A stretch of 64,000 bases of DNA, taken from NCBI RefSeq assembly GCF_036588685.1, contig NC_086374.1, positions 20,398,001 to 20,462,000 of the forward strand, read 5' to 3'. This stretch comes from Mytilus trossulus (Eukaryota). The position numbers and the translations under genes are program-made. Numbering within the stretch: position 1 is the first letter of the stretch; the number at the start of each line of letters is the position of its first letter. The notes under the pieces were generated by a model. That model saw only the letters and a program-made list of their open reading frames with translations, was not told where the DNA came from and did not search any database. Shown here in pieces: positions 1 through 14,343 of this stretch.

Positions 1-3000
1 ACTTACTGATGGTACTGTGGCAGATACAGCTGTTCCATTAACAGATGGTACTGTGGCAGAAACAGTTGTTCCGCTAACCGATGGTCCTGTGGCAGAGACA
101 GTTGTACCACTTACAGATGGTCCAGTGGCAAGAACAGTTGTCCCACTCACAGATGGTACTGTAGCAGAAACAGTTGTTCCAATTACTGATGGTACTGTGG
201 CAGAAACAGTTGTCCCACTTACTGATGGTACTGTGGCAGAAACAGTTGTCCCACTTACAGATGGTACTGTGGCAGAAACAGTTGTTCCACTTACAGATGG
301 TCCACTGACAGAGACAGTTGTTCCACTAACAGATGGTCCAGTGACAGAGGCAGTTGTTCCACTTACAGATGGTCCAGTGACAGAGACAGTTGTTCCACTT
401 ACTGATGGTACTGTGGCAGAGACAGTTGTTTCACCTACTGATGGTACTGTGCCAGGGATAGTTGTTCCACTAACAGATGGCCCTGTGGCAGATACAGTTG
501 TTCCACTTACAGATGGTCCAGTGACAGAGACAGTAGTCCCACTTACAGAAGGTCCTGTGGCAGAAACAGTTGTCCCACTTACAGATGGTACTGTGGCAGA
601 ACCAGTTGTTCCATTTACAGATGGTACTGTGGCAGAAACAGTTGTTCCACTTACAGATGGTCCTGTGACAGAGACAGTTGTTCCACTAACAGATGGTCCA
701 GTGACAGAGGCAGTTGTTCCACTAACTGATGGTACTGTGGCAGAAACAGTTGTACCACTAACAGAAGGTCCTGTAGCAGAAACAGTTGTTCCGCTTACAG
801 ATGGTCCACTGACAGAGACAGTTGTCCCACTTACAGATGGTCCAGTGGCAGAGACAGTTGTTCCACCTACTGATGGTACTGTGGCAGACAAAGTTGTTCC
901 ACTTACTGATGGTAATGTGGCAGAGACAGTTGTTCCACTTACTGATGGTACTGTGGCAGATACAGTTGTTCCACTGACAGATGGGCCTGTGGCAGAGACA
1001 GTTGTTCCACTAACAGATGGTCCTGTGGCAGAAACCGTTGTTCCACTAACAGATGGTACTGTAGCAGAAACAGTTGTACCACTTACTGATGGTCCAGTGG
1101 CAGAGACAGTTGTTCCACTTACTGATGGTACTGTGGCAGATACAGCTGTTCCAGTAACAGATGGTACTGTGGCAGAAACAGTTGTTCCGCTAACCGATGG
1201 TCCTGTGGCAGAGACAGTTGTACCACTTACAGATGGTCCAGTGGCAAGAACAGTTGTCCCACTCACAGATGGTACTGTAGCAGAAACAGTTGTTCCAATT
1301 ACTGATGGTACTGTGGCAGAAACAGTTGTCCCACTTACTGATGGTACTGTGGCAGAAACAGTTGTCCCACTTACAGATGGTACTGTGGTAGAAACAGTTG
1401 TTCCACTTACAGATGGTCCACTGACAGAGACAGTTGTTCCACTAACAGATGGTCCAGTGACAGAGGCAGTTGTTCCACTTACAGATGGTCCAGTGACAGA
1501 GACAGTTGTTCCACTTACTGATGGTACTGTGGCAGATACAGTTGTTCCACTAACAGATGGTCCTGTGGCAGAAACCGTTGTTCCACTAACAGAGGGTCCA
1601 GTGGCAGAAACAGTTGTACCACTTACAGATGGTCCAGTGGTAGAGACAGTTGTTCCACCTACTGATGGTACTGTGGCAGATACAGTTGTTCCACTTACTG
1701 ATGGCAATGTGGCAGAGACAGTTGTTCCACTTACTGATGGTACTGTGGCAGATACAGTTGTTCCACTAACAGATGGTCCTGTGGCAGAAACCGTTGTTCC
1801 ACTAACAGATGGTACTGTAGCAGAAACAGTTGTACCACTTACTGATGGTCCAGTGGCAGAGACAGTTGTTCCACTTACTGATGGTACTGTGGCAGATACA
1901 GCTGTTCCACTAACAGATGGTACTGTGGCAGAAACAGTTGTTCCGCTAACCGATGGTCCTGTGGCAGAGACAGTTGTACCTACAGATGGTCCAGTGGCAG
2001 AGACAATTGTTCCACTTACTGATGGTCCTGTTGCAGATACAGTTGTTCCACTAACAGATGGAACTGTAGCAGAAACAGTTGTCCCACTTACAGAAGGTCC
2101 AGTGGCAGAGACAGTTGTTCCACTTACTGATGGTACTGTGGCAGAGACAGTTGATCCACTTACTGATGGTACTGTGGCAGAGACAGTTGTCCCACTTACT
2201 GATGGTACTGTGGCAGAAACAGTAGTCCCACTTACAGATGGTACTGTGGCAGAAACAGTTGTTCCACTTACAGATGGTCCACTGACAGAGACAGTTGTTC
2301 CACTAACAGATGGTCCAGTGACAGAGGCAGTTGTTCCACTTACAGATGGTCCTGTGGCAGATACAGTTGTTCCACCTACTGATGGTACTGTGGCAGATAC
2401 AGTTGTTCCACTTACAGATGGTCCAGTGGCAGAGACAGTTGTTCCACCTACTGATGGTACTGTGGCAGATACAGTTGTTCCACTTACTGATGGTACTGTG
2501 GCAGATACAGTTGTTCCACTTACTGATGGTACTGTTGCAGAGACAGTTGTTCCACTTACTGATGGTACTGTGGCAGATACAGTTGTTCCACTAACAGATG
2601 GTACTGTGGCAGAAACCGTTGTTCCACTAACAGATGGTCCTGTGGCAGAAACAGTTGTACCACTTACAGATGGTCCAGTGGCAGAGACAGTGGTTCCACC
2701 TACTGATGGTACTGTGGCAGATACAGTTGTTCCACTTACTGATGGTACTGTGGCAGAGACAGTAGTTCCACTTACTGATGGTACTGTGGCAGATACAGTT
2801 GTTCCACTAAAAGATGGTCCTGTGGCAGAAACCGTTGTTCCACTAACAGAGGGTCCTGTGGCAGAAACAGTTGTACCACTTACAGATGGTCCAGTGGTAG
2901 AGACAGTTGTTCCACCTACTGATGGTACTGTGGCAGATACAGTTGTTCCACTTACTGATGGTAATGTGGCAGAGACAGTTGTTCCACTTACTGATGGTAC

Positions 3001-6000
3001 TGTGGCAGATACAGTTGTTCCACTGACAGATGGGCCTGTGGCAGAGACAGTTGTTCCACTAACAGATGGTCCTGTGGCAGAAACCGTTGTTCCACTAACA
3101 GATGGTACTGTAGCAGAAACAGTTGTACCACTTACTGATGGTCCAGTGGCAGAGACAGTTGTTCCACTTACTGATGGTACTGTGGCAGATACAGCTGTTC
3201 CACTAACAGATGGTACTGTGGCAGAAACAGTTGTTCCGCTAACCGATGGTCCTGTGGCAGAGACAGTTGTACCACTTACAGATGGTCCAGTGGCAAGAAC
3301 AGTTGTCCCACTCACAGATGGTACTGTAGCAGAAACAGTTGTTCCAATTACTGATGGTACTGTGGCAGAAACAGTTGTCCCACTTACTGATGGTACTGTG
3401 GCAGAAACAGTTGTCCCACTTACAGATGGTACTGTGGCAGAAACAGTTGTTCCACTTACAGATGGTCCACTGACAGAGACAGTTGTTCCACTAACAGATG
3501 GTCCAGTGACAGAGGCAGTTGTTCCACTTACAGATGGTCCAGTGACAGAGACAGTTGTTCCACTTACTGATGGTACTGTGGCAGAGACAGTTGTTTCACC
3601 TACTGATGGTACTGTGCCAGGGATAGTTGTTCCACTAACAGATGGCCCTGTGGCAGATACAGTTGTTCCACTTACAGATGGTCCAGTGACAGAGACAGTA
3701 GTCCCACTTACAGAAGGTCCTGTGGCAGAAACAGTTGTCCCACTTACAGATGGTACTGTGGCAGAACCAGTTGTTCCACTTACAGATGGTACTGTGGCAG
3801 AAACAGTTGTTCCACTTACAGATGGTCCTGTGACAGAGACAGTTGTTCCACTAACAGATGGTCCAGTGACAGAGGCAGTTGTTCCACTAACTGATGGTAC
3901 TGTGGCAGAAACAGTTGTACCACTAACAGAAGGTCCTGTAGCAGAAACAGTTGTTCCGCTTACAGATGGTCCACTGACAGAGACAGTTGTCCCACTTACA
4001 GATGGTCCAGTGGCAGAGACAGTTGTTCCACCTACTGATGGTACTGTGGCAGACAAAGTTGTTCCACTTACTGATGGTCCTGTGGCAGATACAGTTGTTC
4101 CACTAACAGATGGAACTGTAACAGAAACAGTTGTCCCACTTACAGAAGGTCCAGTGGCAGAGACAGTTGTTCCACCTACTGATGGTACTGTGCCAGGGAT
4201 AGTTGTTCCACTAACAGATGGCCCTGTGGCAGATACAGTTGTTCCACTTACAGATGGTCCAGTGACAGAGACGGTAGTCCCACTTACAGAAGGTCCTGTG
4301 GCAGAAACAGTTGTCCCACTTACAGATGGTACTGTGGCAGAAACAGTTGTTCCATTTACAGATGGTACTGTGGCAGAAACAGTTGTTCCACTTACAGATG
4401 GTCCAGTGACAGAGGCAGTTGTTCCACTAACAGATGGTCCAGTGACAGAGGCAGTTGTTCCACTTACAGAAAGTCCTGTGGCAGAAACAGTTGTCCCACT
4501 CACAGATGGTACTGTAGCAGAAACAGTTGTTCCACTAACTGATGGTACTGTGGCAGAAACAGTTGTACCACTAACAGAAGGTCCTGTGGCAGAAACAGTT
4601 GTTCCACTTACAGATGGTACTGTGGCAGAAACAGTTGTTCCACTTACAGATGGTCCACTGACAGAGACAGTTGTCCCACTTACAGATGGTCCAGTGGCAG
4701 AGACAGTTGTTCCACCTACTGATGGTACTGTGGCAGACAAAGTTGTTCCACTTACTGATTGTCCTGTGGCAGATACAGTTGTTCCACTAACAGATGAAAC
4801 TGTAGCAGAAACAGTTGTCCCACTTACAGAAGGTCCAGTGGCGGAGACAGTTGTTCCACTTACTGATGGTACTGTGGCAGAGACAGTTGTTCCACTTACT
4901 GATGGTACTGTGGCAGAAACAGCTGTCCCACTTACTGATGGTACTGTGGCAGAAACAGTTGTCCCACTTACAGATGGTACTGTGGCAGAAACAGTTGTTC
5001 CACTTACCGATGGTCCACTGACAGAGACAGTTGTTCCACTAACAGATGGTCCAGTGACAGAGGCAGTTGTTCCACTTACATATGGTTCAGTGACAGAGAC
5101 AGTTGTTCCACTTACTGATGGTACTGTGGCAGAGACAGTTGTACCACTTACAGATGGTCCAGTGGCAGAGACAGTTGTTTCACCTACTGATGGAACTGTA
5201 CCAGGGATAGTTGTTCCACTAACAGATGGCCCTGTTGCAGATACAGTTGTTCCACTTATGGATGGTACTGTAGCAGAAACAGTTGTACCACTTACAGATG
5301 GTCCTGTGGCAGAAACAGTTGTTCCACTTACTGATGGTACTGTGGCAGATAAAGTTGTTCCACTTACTGATGGTCCTGTGGCAGATACAGTTGTTCCACC
5401 TACTGATGGTACTGTGGCAATTACAGTTGTTCCACTTACAGAAGGTCCAGTGGCAGAGACAGTTGTTCCACCTACTGATGGTACTGTGGCAGATACAGTT
5501 GTTCCACTTACTGATGGTACTGTGGCAGATACAGTTGTTCCACTTACTGATGGTACTGTGACAAAGACAGTTGTTCCACTTACTGATGGTACTGTGGCAA
5601 AACCAGTTGTCCCACTAACAGATGGTCCTGTGGCAGAAACCGTTGTTCCACTAACAGATGGTCCTGTGGCAGAAACAGTTGTTCCACTTACTGATGGTAC
5701 TGTGGCAGAGACAGTTGTTTCACCTACTGATGGTACTGTGCCAGGGATAGTTGTTCCACTAACAGATGGCCCTGTGGCAGATACAGTTGTTCCACTTACA
5801 GATGGTCCAGTGACAGAGACAGTAGTCCCACTTACAGAAGGTCCTGTGGCAGAAACAGTTGTCCCACTTACAGATGGTACTGTGGCAGAACCAGTTGTTC
5901 CACTTACAGATGGTACTGTGGCAGAAACAGTTGTTCCACTTACAGATGGTCCTGTGACAGAGACAGTTGTTCCACTAACAGATGGTCCAGTGACAGAGGC

Positions 6001-9000
6001 AGTTGTTCCACTAACTGATGGTACTGTGGCAGAAACAGTTGTACCACTAACAGAAGGTCCTGTTGCAGAAACAGTTGTTCCGCTTACAGATGGTCCACTG
6101 ACAGAGACAGTTGTCCCACTTACAGATGGTCCAGTGGCAGAGACAGTTGTTCCACCTACTGATGGTACTGTGGCAGACAAAGTTGTTCCACTTACTGATT
6201 GTCCTGTGGCAGATACAGTTGTTCCACTAACAGATGGAACTGTAACAGAAACAGTTGTCCCACTTACAGAAGGTCCAGTGGCAGAGACAGTTGTTCCACC
6301 TACTGATGGTACTGTGCCAGGGATAGTTGTTCCACTAACAGATGGCCCTGTGGCAGATACAGTTGTTCCACTTACAGATGGTCCAGTGACAGAGACGGTA
6401 GTCCCACTTACAGAAGGTCCTGTGGCAGAAACAGTTGTCCCACTTACAGATGGTACTGTGGCAGAAACAGTTGTTCCACTTACAGATGGTACTGTGGCAG
6501 AAACAGTTGTTCCACTTACAGATGGTCCAGTGACAGAGGCAGTTGTTCCACTAACAGATGGTCCAGTGACAGAGGCAGTTGTTCCACTTACAGAAAGTCC
6601 TGTGGCAGAAACAGTTGTCCCACTCACAGATGGTACTGTAGCAGAAACAGTTGTTCCACTAACTGATGGTACTGTGGCAGAAACAGTTGTACCACTAACA
6701 GAAGGTCCTGTGGCAGAAACAGTTGTTCCACTTACAGATGGTACTGTGGCAGAAACAGTTGTTCCACTTACAGATGGTCCACTGACAGAGACAGTTGTCC
6801 CACTTACAGATGGTCCAGTGGCAGAGACAGTTGTTCCACCTACTGATGGTACTGTGGCAGACAAAGTTGTTCCACTTACTGATTGTCCTGTGGCAGATAC
6901 AGTTGTTCCACTAACAGATGGAACTGTAGCAGAAACAGTTGTCCCACTTACAGAAGGTCCAGTGGCGGAGACAGTTGTTCCACTTACTGATGGTACTGTG
7001 GCAGAGACAGTTGTTCCACTTACTGATGGTACTGTGGCAGAAACAGCTGTCCCACTTACTGATGGTACTGTGGCAGAAACAGTTGTCCCACTTACAGATG
7101 GTACTCTGGCAGAAACAGTTGTTCCACTTACCGATGGTCCACTGACAGAGACAGTTGTTCCACTAACAGATGGTCCAGTGACAGAGGCAGTTGTTCCACT
7201 TACATATGGTTCAGTGACAGAGACAGTTGTTCCACTTACTGATGGTACTGTGGCAGAGACAGTTGTACCACTTACAGATGGTCCAGTGGCAGAGACAGTT
7301 GTTTCACCTACTGATGGTACTGTACCAGGGATAGTTGTTCCACTAACAGATGGCCCTGTTGCAGATACAGTTGTTCCACTTATGGATGGTACTGTAGCAG
7401 AAACAGTTGTACCACTTACAGATGGTCCTGTGGCAGAAACAGTTGTTCCACTTACTGATGGTACTGTGGCAGATAAAGTTGTTCCACTTACTGATGGTCC
7501 TGTGGCAGATACAGTTGTTCCACCTACTGATGGTACTGTGGCAATTACAGTTGTTCCACTTACAGAAGGTCCAGTGGCAGAGACAGTTGTTCCACCTACT
7601 GATGGTACTGTGGCAGATACAGTTGTTCCACTAATGGATGGTACTGTAGCAGAAACAGTTGTACCACTTACAGATGGTCCTGTGGCAGATACAGTTGTTC
7701 CACTTACTGATGGTACTGTGGCAGATACAGTTGTTCCACTTACTGATGGTACTGTGGCAGAGACAGTTGTTCCACTTACTGATGGTACTGTGGCAAATAC
7801 AGTTGTTCCACTAACAGATGGTCCTGTGGCAGAAACCGTTGTTCCACTAACAGATGGTCCTGTGGCAGAAACAGTTGTACCAGTTACAGAAAGTCCTGTG
7901 GCGAAAACAGTTGTCCCACTCACAGATGGTACTGTAGCAGAAACAGTTGTTCCACTAACTGATGGTACTGTGGCAGAAACAGTTGTCCCACTTACAGAAG
8001 GTCCTGTGGCAGAAACAGTTGTCCCACTTACAGATGGTACTGTGGCAGAAACAGTTGTTCCACTTACAGATGGTCCACTGACAGAGACAGTTGTCCCACT
8101 TACAGATGGTCCAGTGGCAGATACAGTTGTTCCACTTACAGATGGTCCACTGACAGAGACAGTTGTACCACTTACAGATGGTCCAGTGGCAGAGACAGTT
8201 GTTCCACCTACTGATGGTACTGTGGCAGATAAAGTTGTTCCACTAACAGATGGAACTGTAGCAGAAACAGTTGTCCCACTTACAGAAGGTCCAGTGGCAG
8301 AGACAGTTGTTCCACTTACTGATGGTACTGTGGCAGAGACAGTTGTTCCACTTACTGATGGTACTGTGACAGAAACAGTTGTCCCACTTACTGATGGTAC
8401 TGTGGCAGAAACAGTTGTCCCACTTACAGATGGTACTGTGGCAGAAACAGTTGTTCCACTAACAGATGGTCCACTGACAGAGACAGTTGTTCCACTAACA
8501 GATGGTCCAGTGACAGAGGCAGTTGTTCCACTTACAGATGGTCCAGTGACAGAGACAGTTCTTCCACTTACTGATGGTACTGTGACAGAGACAGTTGTAC
8601 CACTCACAGATGGTCCAGTGGCAGAGACAGTTGTTTCACCTACTGATGGTACTGTACCTTGGATAGTTGTTCCACTAACAGATGGTCCTGTTGCAGATAC
8701 AGTTGTTCCACTAATGGATGGTACTGTAGCAGAAACAGTTGTACCACTTACAGATGGTCCTGTGGCAGAGACGGTTGTTCCACTTACTGATGGTACTGTG
8801 GCAGATAAAGTTGTCCCACTTACTGATGGTCCTGTGGCAGATACAGTTGTTCCACCTACTGATGGTACTGTGGCAGATACAGTTGTTCCACTTACAGATG
8901 GTCCAGTGGCAGAGACAGTTGTTCCACCTACTGATGGTACTGTGGCAAATACAGTTGTTCCACTTACTGATGGTACTGTGGCAGATACAGTTGTCCCACT

Positions 9001-10976
9001 TACAGAAGGTCCAGTGGCAGAGACAGTTGTTCCACTTATGGATGGTACTGTAGCAGAAACAGTTGTACCACTTACAGATGGTCCTGTGGCAGAAACAGTT
9101 GTTCCACTTACTGATGGTACTGTGGCAGATAAAGTTGTCCCACTTACTGATGGTCCGGTGGCAGAGACAGTTGTTCCACTTACTGATGGTACTGTGGCAG
9201 ATAAAGTTGTCCCACTTACTGATGGTCCTGTGGCAGATACAGTTGTTCCACCTACTGATGGTACTGTGGCAGATACAGTTGTTCCACTTACAGATGGTCC
9301 AGTGGCAGAGACAGTTGTTCCACCTACTGATGGTACTGTGGCAGATACAGTTGTTCCACTTACTGATGGTACTGTGGCAGATACAGTTGTCCCACTTACA
9401 GAAGGTCCAGTGGCAGAGACAGTTGTTCCACTTACTGATGGTACTATGGCAGATAGAGTTGTTCCACTTACTGATGGTCCTGTGGCAGATACAGTTGTTC
9501 CACTTACTGATGGTACTGTGGCAGATACAGTTGTTCCACTTACTGATGGTACTGTGGCAGATACAGTTGTACCACTTACAGATGGTCCAGTGGCAGAGAC
9601 AGTTGTTCCACCTACTGATGGTACTGTGGCAGATAAAGTTGTCCCACGTACTGATGGTCCTGTGGCAGATACAGTTGTTCCACTTACAGATGGTCCAGTG
9701 ACAGAGATAGTTGTTCCACTTACTGATGGTACTATGGCAGAGACAGTTGTACCACTTACAGATGGTCCAGTGGCAGATACAGTTGTTTCACCTGCTGATG
9801 GTACTGTGCCAGGGATAGTTGTTCCACTAACAGATGGTCCTGTTGCAGATACAGTTGTTCCACTAATGGATGGTACTGTAGCAGAAACAGTTGTACCACT
9901 TACAGAAAGTCCTGTGGCAGAAACAGTTGTCCCACTTACAGATGGTACTGTGGAAGATACAGTTGTTCCACTTACAGATGGTCCAGTGACAGAGATAGTT
10001 GTTCCACTTACTGATGGTACTATGGCAGAGACAGTTGTACCACTTACAGATGGTCCAGTGGCAGATACAGTTGTTTCACCTGCTGATGGTACTGTGCCAG
10101 GGATAGTTGTTCCACTAACAGATGGTCCTGTTGCAGATACAGTTGTTCCACTAATGGATGGTACTGTAGCAGAAACAGTTGTACCACTTACAGAAAGTCC
10201 TGTGGCAGAAACAGTTGTCCCACTTACAGATGGTACTGTGGCAGAAACAGTTGTGCCACTTACAGATGGTACTGTGGCAGAAACAGTTGTTCCACTTACA
10301 GATGGTCCACTGACAGAGACAGTTGTTCCATTAACAGATGGTCCAGTGACAGAGGCAGTTGTTCCACTTACAGATGGTCCAGTGACAGAGACAGTTGTTC
10401 CACTTACTGATGGTACTGTGGCAGAGACAGTTGTACCACTTACAGATGGGCCAGTGGCAGAGACAGTTGTTTCACCTACTGATGGTACTGTGCCAGGGAT
10501 AGTTGTTCCACTAACAGTTGGTCCTGTGACAGAAACAGTTGTTCCACTTACAGATGGTCCTGTGGCAGAAACAGTTGTCCTACTTACAGATGGTCCAGTG
10601 GTAGAGACAGTTGTTCCACCTACTGATGGTACTGTGGCAGATACAGTTGTTCCACCTACTGATGGTACTATGGCAGATACAGTTGTTTCACTTACTGATG
10701 GTACTGTGGAAGATACAGTTGTTCCACTAGCAGATGGTCCTGTGGCAGAGACAGTTGTTCCACCTACTGATGGTACTGTTGCAGATACAGTTGTACTACT
10801 TACAGATGGTCCAGTGGCAGAGAAAGTTGTTCCACTCACAGATGGTACTGTTGCAGAGACAGTTGTGCCACTTACTGATGGTACTGTGGCAGAAACAGTT
10901 GTTCCACTTACAGATGGTACTGTTGCAGAGACAGTTGTTCCACTTACAGATGGTACTGTAGCAGATACTGTAGTAC
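1..10976 (-). CDS. Giant mucin-like gene, repeat exon B (36-bp/12-aa unit, consensus SGTTVSAT[V/G]PSV); runs past window start
   Basis: Acceptor tttcag|GT ACT ACA GTA at 10977/10976 is phase 1 and matches the upstream donor at 12202. The minus frame reads S/T/G/P/V repeats throughout. It is absent from the ORF track because no stop is reached inside the window. Confidence 0.9.
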
Positions 10977-11264
10977 CTGAAAATGAAGGAAACAAATAAC
11001 GTTGTTAGAAATTTTACTTTATCCTATAATTCGAATTTTATATCAATCAAACTTACTATATTGAAAATACTGGGTACGCATACAAAGATTTTTAAGAAGT
11101 GTATATTGTTAAATGTAAAGCTTAAGGTTGATGGTTTTATTTATTGAAATAAAGGAGTCGACTGAATTCTCACACGTTATTAAACATATCAATCTTTAAG
11201 AATCAGAATGAGAAAGCTCCTAATTGTAACTGAAGAAGTTTGATATCCATTAAAAAAAAATGGG

Positions 11265-11530
11265 GTCTCATTGTCAATGAGACAAATATTCAGCAAAGTT
11301 CAAATGACGATGAACTATTGTAGGTCATCGTACGGCTTCAATTGTGAGAGAGAAAAAACATAACGTATTGCCAGCTATAAAAGACATACAATATGATTTA
11401 TAAAAAAAACCCATATATTTCAAACACGAACCAAAGACAACAACAAGCTCCAGGCTTGGGTCAAGCACTTGGATAATGTGACGAGGGTTGTTTGTGATTG
11501 TGGATCCTACCTCTAACATTGCGAAGTGTT
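11265..11530 (+). repeat. Degenerate copy of a dispersed repeat family (related to 36322-36900)
   Basis: Shares caatgagaca, taggtca..gtacgg.cttcaa and gctataaaag motifs. Confidence 0.55.
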
Positions 11531-12201
11531 ACAACTTAAGTACAAAAGGTAAAAACAATCAGTTTCAGATAGCTCAGCTCATTCATTTTTAAAGTCAAAA
11601 ATAAACCAAGTTACTTAAAAAACAGTAGACATAAAGCAACGATACAATAGTAATAGAAGTTACACAAAGTTAGTTTATATTTCATCCAGTTATAATATCT
11701 CCATGAATCGCGGCAAGTGTATAAAATTTAAATTATTAACTTTTAACTTCACAGAATCTGTACAAGAAGAAATACTCAAGACCTGTCAAACATACTCTCT
11801 TTGTCAAATCGTAGTCATTCGCGTGGACCCACTTCTCTAAACCAATATGCGTTTGTCCTGAATATGCATGAAACAGTTGTGTTAAGTCATAAAACAATCA
11901 ATCACATATTTTGCATTGGACACGTTGTCAGAAAAATATTTTGTATTGCCGATTTACAACTACTAAACGTACACTCCAAATCACAATCGATTTCCTTGAG
12001 CTGAACTAAGTGGTTGACTCTTATACCTTAAATCCACAGGAGTAATTGGTTGATTATATAGGGAAACACTGAACCATGACTGGAGAGGGCCCCTTCTTTA
12101 GTCAGTCAGCGCCCAATCCACTTATGAAAAGTTCTGGATCTGCCACTGAAATCATTTGCTTCACTCAAAGAAGCTACGTAGATAGATTTTAAAATACATA
12201 C

Positions 12202-12334
12202 CTACAAAACAAGCATGAAGCTCAACGTCTACATGATATGGTTCATTTGGATTGTTTTTAGTCAAAAAAGTAATAATAACTTTGTCTGCGTATGTATCAG
12301 CTGGGAATATGGCAACCTCGTCTCCGTCATACAC
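12202..12334 (-). CDS. Mucin-like gene exon, C-terminal half of globular domain 2 (VYDGDEVAIFPADTYADKVIITFLTKNNPNEPYHVDVELHACFV)
   Basis: ttcag|GTG acceptor and GTAG|gtatgt donor; 133 nt, phase 0 to 1; open frame ending ELHAC, like the terminal E-L-x-G-C of F5/8C domains. Confidence 0.85.
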
Positions 12335-13304
12335 CTGAACAATAGAACGTCAGTGTCATATCAGTACAGGTTTTTTAAATGTTCTAATATAATTACACCA
12401 AGATGTCGTTAAATGAAATTTGAAAGCCTGCATTTACCAATTGTTTTCAATGACATATTATAAAACCGTACAAATTGTGTACAAAACAATTATTTGGATA
12501 CTGAAAAGAATATTGTGTTAAATAATGATAATAATAATAAAAAAAAACAACCAATTAATTACTAGATAAATGCAATTTTTTTTAAAATTTAAACATAATT
12601 TAGAAAGTTACATATACTGAAAAGTTGACTTTTCAAAACAGTGTTCATTATGTATATTGTTGATATTTTTTGTACAGCTCGTCCATATTAAAATGTTTTT
12701 CTAATCTGTTGAAGCATAAGGTAAAAAGATTTCATATCGAATATACTTAACTTGGGGTCCGACGTCCGTGAACTTTTCACTCTTTGAACTACTATTTGGG
12801 AACCACGTAAAAGAATCAATATATGAGTCTTAAATTTGTCTCCATTGTTGAAGCATATAATAAAAGATCATAACATGTCATTTTTCATATCGCATGTATC
12901 ATCATGCCATGCGGCTCTTGGGCTAATATTGAACCTTGGGCTGATAATACGTGCGATAGGAAAAATGCCAAGTAATAATCTGATATTATCACCTCTAAAA
13001 AATTATATGTGTATGGTAAGCTGTATTTAAAATTTTAAACTTATATCAGCAATTTGTACTCGTAATTGTCATATGTGGTGTTTGTCGAGTCAATTACTTT
13101 TACTTTTTACTATATGTTGTACTATTTCTTCGATCAGACATTTATTCATTGATATGTGTTATTCAGTTATTTTACAGAACGATACACCTGTTGTGTTGCA
13201 TCATTTGTGCAAATGCTTGAATGAAAATGCACATTTCACATCATATATGATGTGAATATATTTTTATAAGGATATAGAGTTTGTTTTGGTTTTAAATTGC
13301 TTAC

Positions 13305-13603
13305 AGGTCCAATCTGCCGAGGACTATCGTCGTCAAAATCTTGCACGCTAACAATATATGTAGCCACGTTGCTTTCATCAGAGAGCGGCACAATATCTAT
13401 ATTTCCTAATTCTGGTCTTCCATCTAATGTTATAGTTATCGATGGATTTTGATCTTGTACGTCCGGTATAATTAATAAATCTCCTCCGGGTCGGATCTCC
13501 TCTATATCATTTTGTGTTGGAATGTTTGATGTAATTCTTCCTGGAGCAATCAATGCTGGGTCATCCATACCTTCAACTGTATCACATGGTAATATCGTAG
13601 TCT
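13305..13603 (-). CDS. Mucin-like gene exon, N-terminal half of globular domain 2 (ETTILPCDTVEGMDDPALIAPG...PRQIGP)
   Basis: ttttatag|AG acceptor and CCT|gtaagc donor; 299 nt, phase 1 to 0; overlaps ORF 13236..13568. Confidence 0.85.
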
Positions 13604-13950
13604 CTATAAAAGCAAATCAATAATTAGTGTATCACACGGTAATATCGTAGTCTCTTTAAAAACAAATCAAAATGAGTGTATCACACATTATATATCGTAG
13701 TCTCTATAAAAACAAATCAAAATTAGTGTATCACATGGTAATATCGTAGTCTCTATAAAACAAATCAAAATTAGTGTATCACATGGTAATATCGTAGTCT
13801 CTATAAAACAAATCAAAATTAGTGTATCACATGGTAATATCGTAGTCTCTATAAAACAAATCAAAATTAGTGTATCACATGGTAATATCGTAGTCTCTAT
13901 AAAAACAAATCAATGTTTCACACAAGAATATCGTAGTCTCTATAAAACAA
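13579..13950. repeat. Minisatellite, ~8 copies of a 48-50 bp unit spanning the exon 3' splice site
   Basis: Unit gtatcacatggtaatatcgtagtctctataaaacaaatcaaaattagt starts at about 13579, 13629, 13678, 13728, 13776, 13824, 13872 and 13915. Confidence 0.95.
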
Positions 13951-14343
13951 ATTAGTGTAAAAGATATAGTGTTGCTGTAACACACAACAGATGCACACTC
14001 TGTTATGAAAACAGTGTGTAAGTCTATACAATAGAACATTTAATTTCCACCAAGTACGAAACATTTAGCAGATTCCTACCAGACCATTTCAGGAATTCAC
14101 ATGGATTCAAGCAGGAAATTTTAAATTCCTGTTATATTTTAGACGTACTAGGGAAAACTTGTTTTCCTCGCAGAATTTTCCAACAACAACATTCGTGGGA
14201 TTGGTAACGGGAATATATTTTTATGCCAGAAAAACTTTTTTTGGTTAGTATAACTTTGTTATTTTTGTTTAATTATATGTTCTATATGGGCCCTTTAATG
14301 AGGAATAAAGACATTATCTCAATGTCAACCATACCATATCATC

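Noticed and set aside
17-10999. 3660-aa + strand ORF (VAETVVPLTDG repeats) as a real protein
   Set aside because: It is the antisense frame that shares wobble positions with the mucin. A stop would need a Tyr, His or Gln codon in a specific context on the minus strand, and these residues are nearly absent. Splice signals and flanking domains are all on the minus strand.
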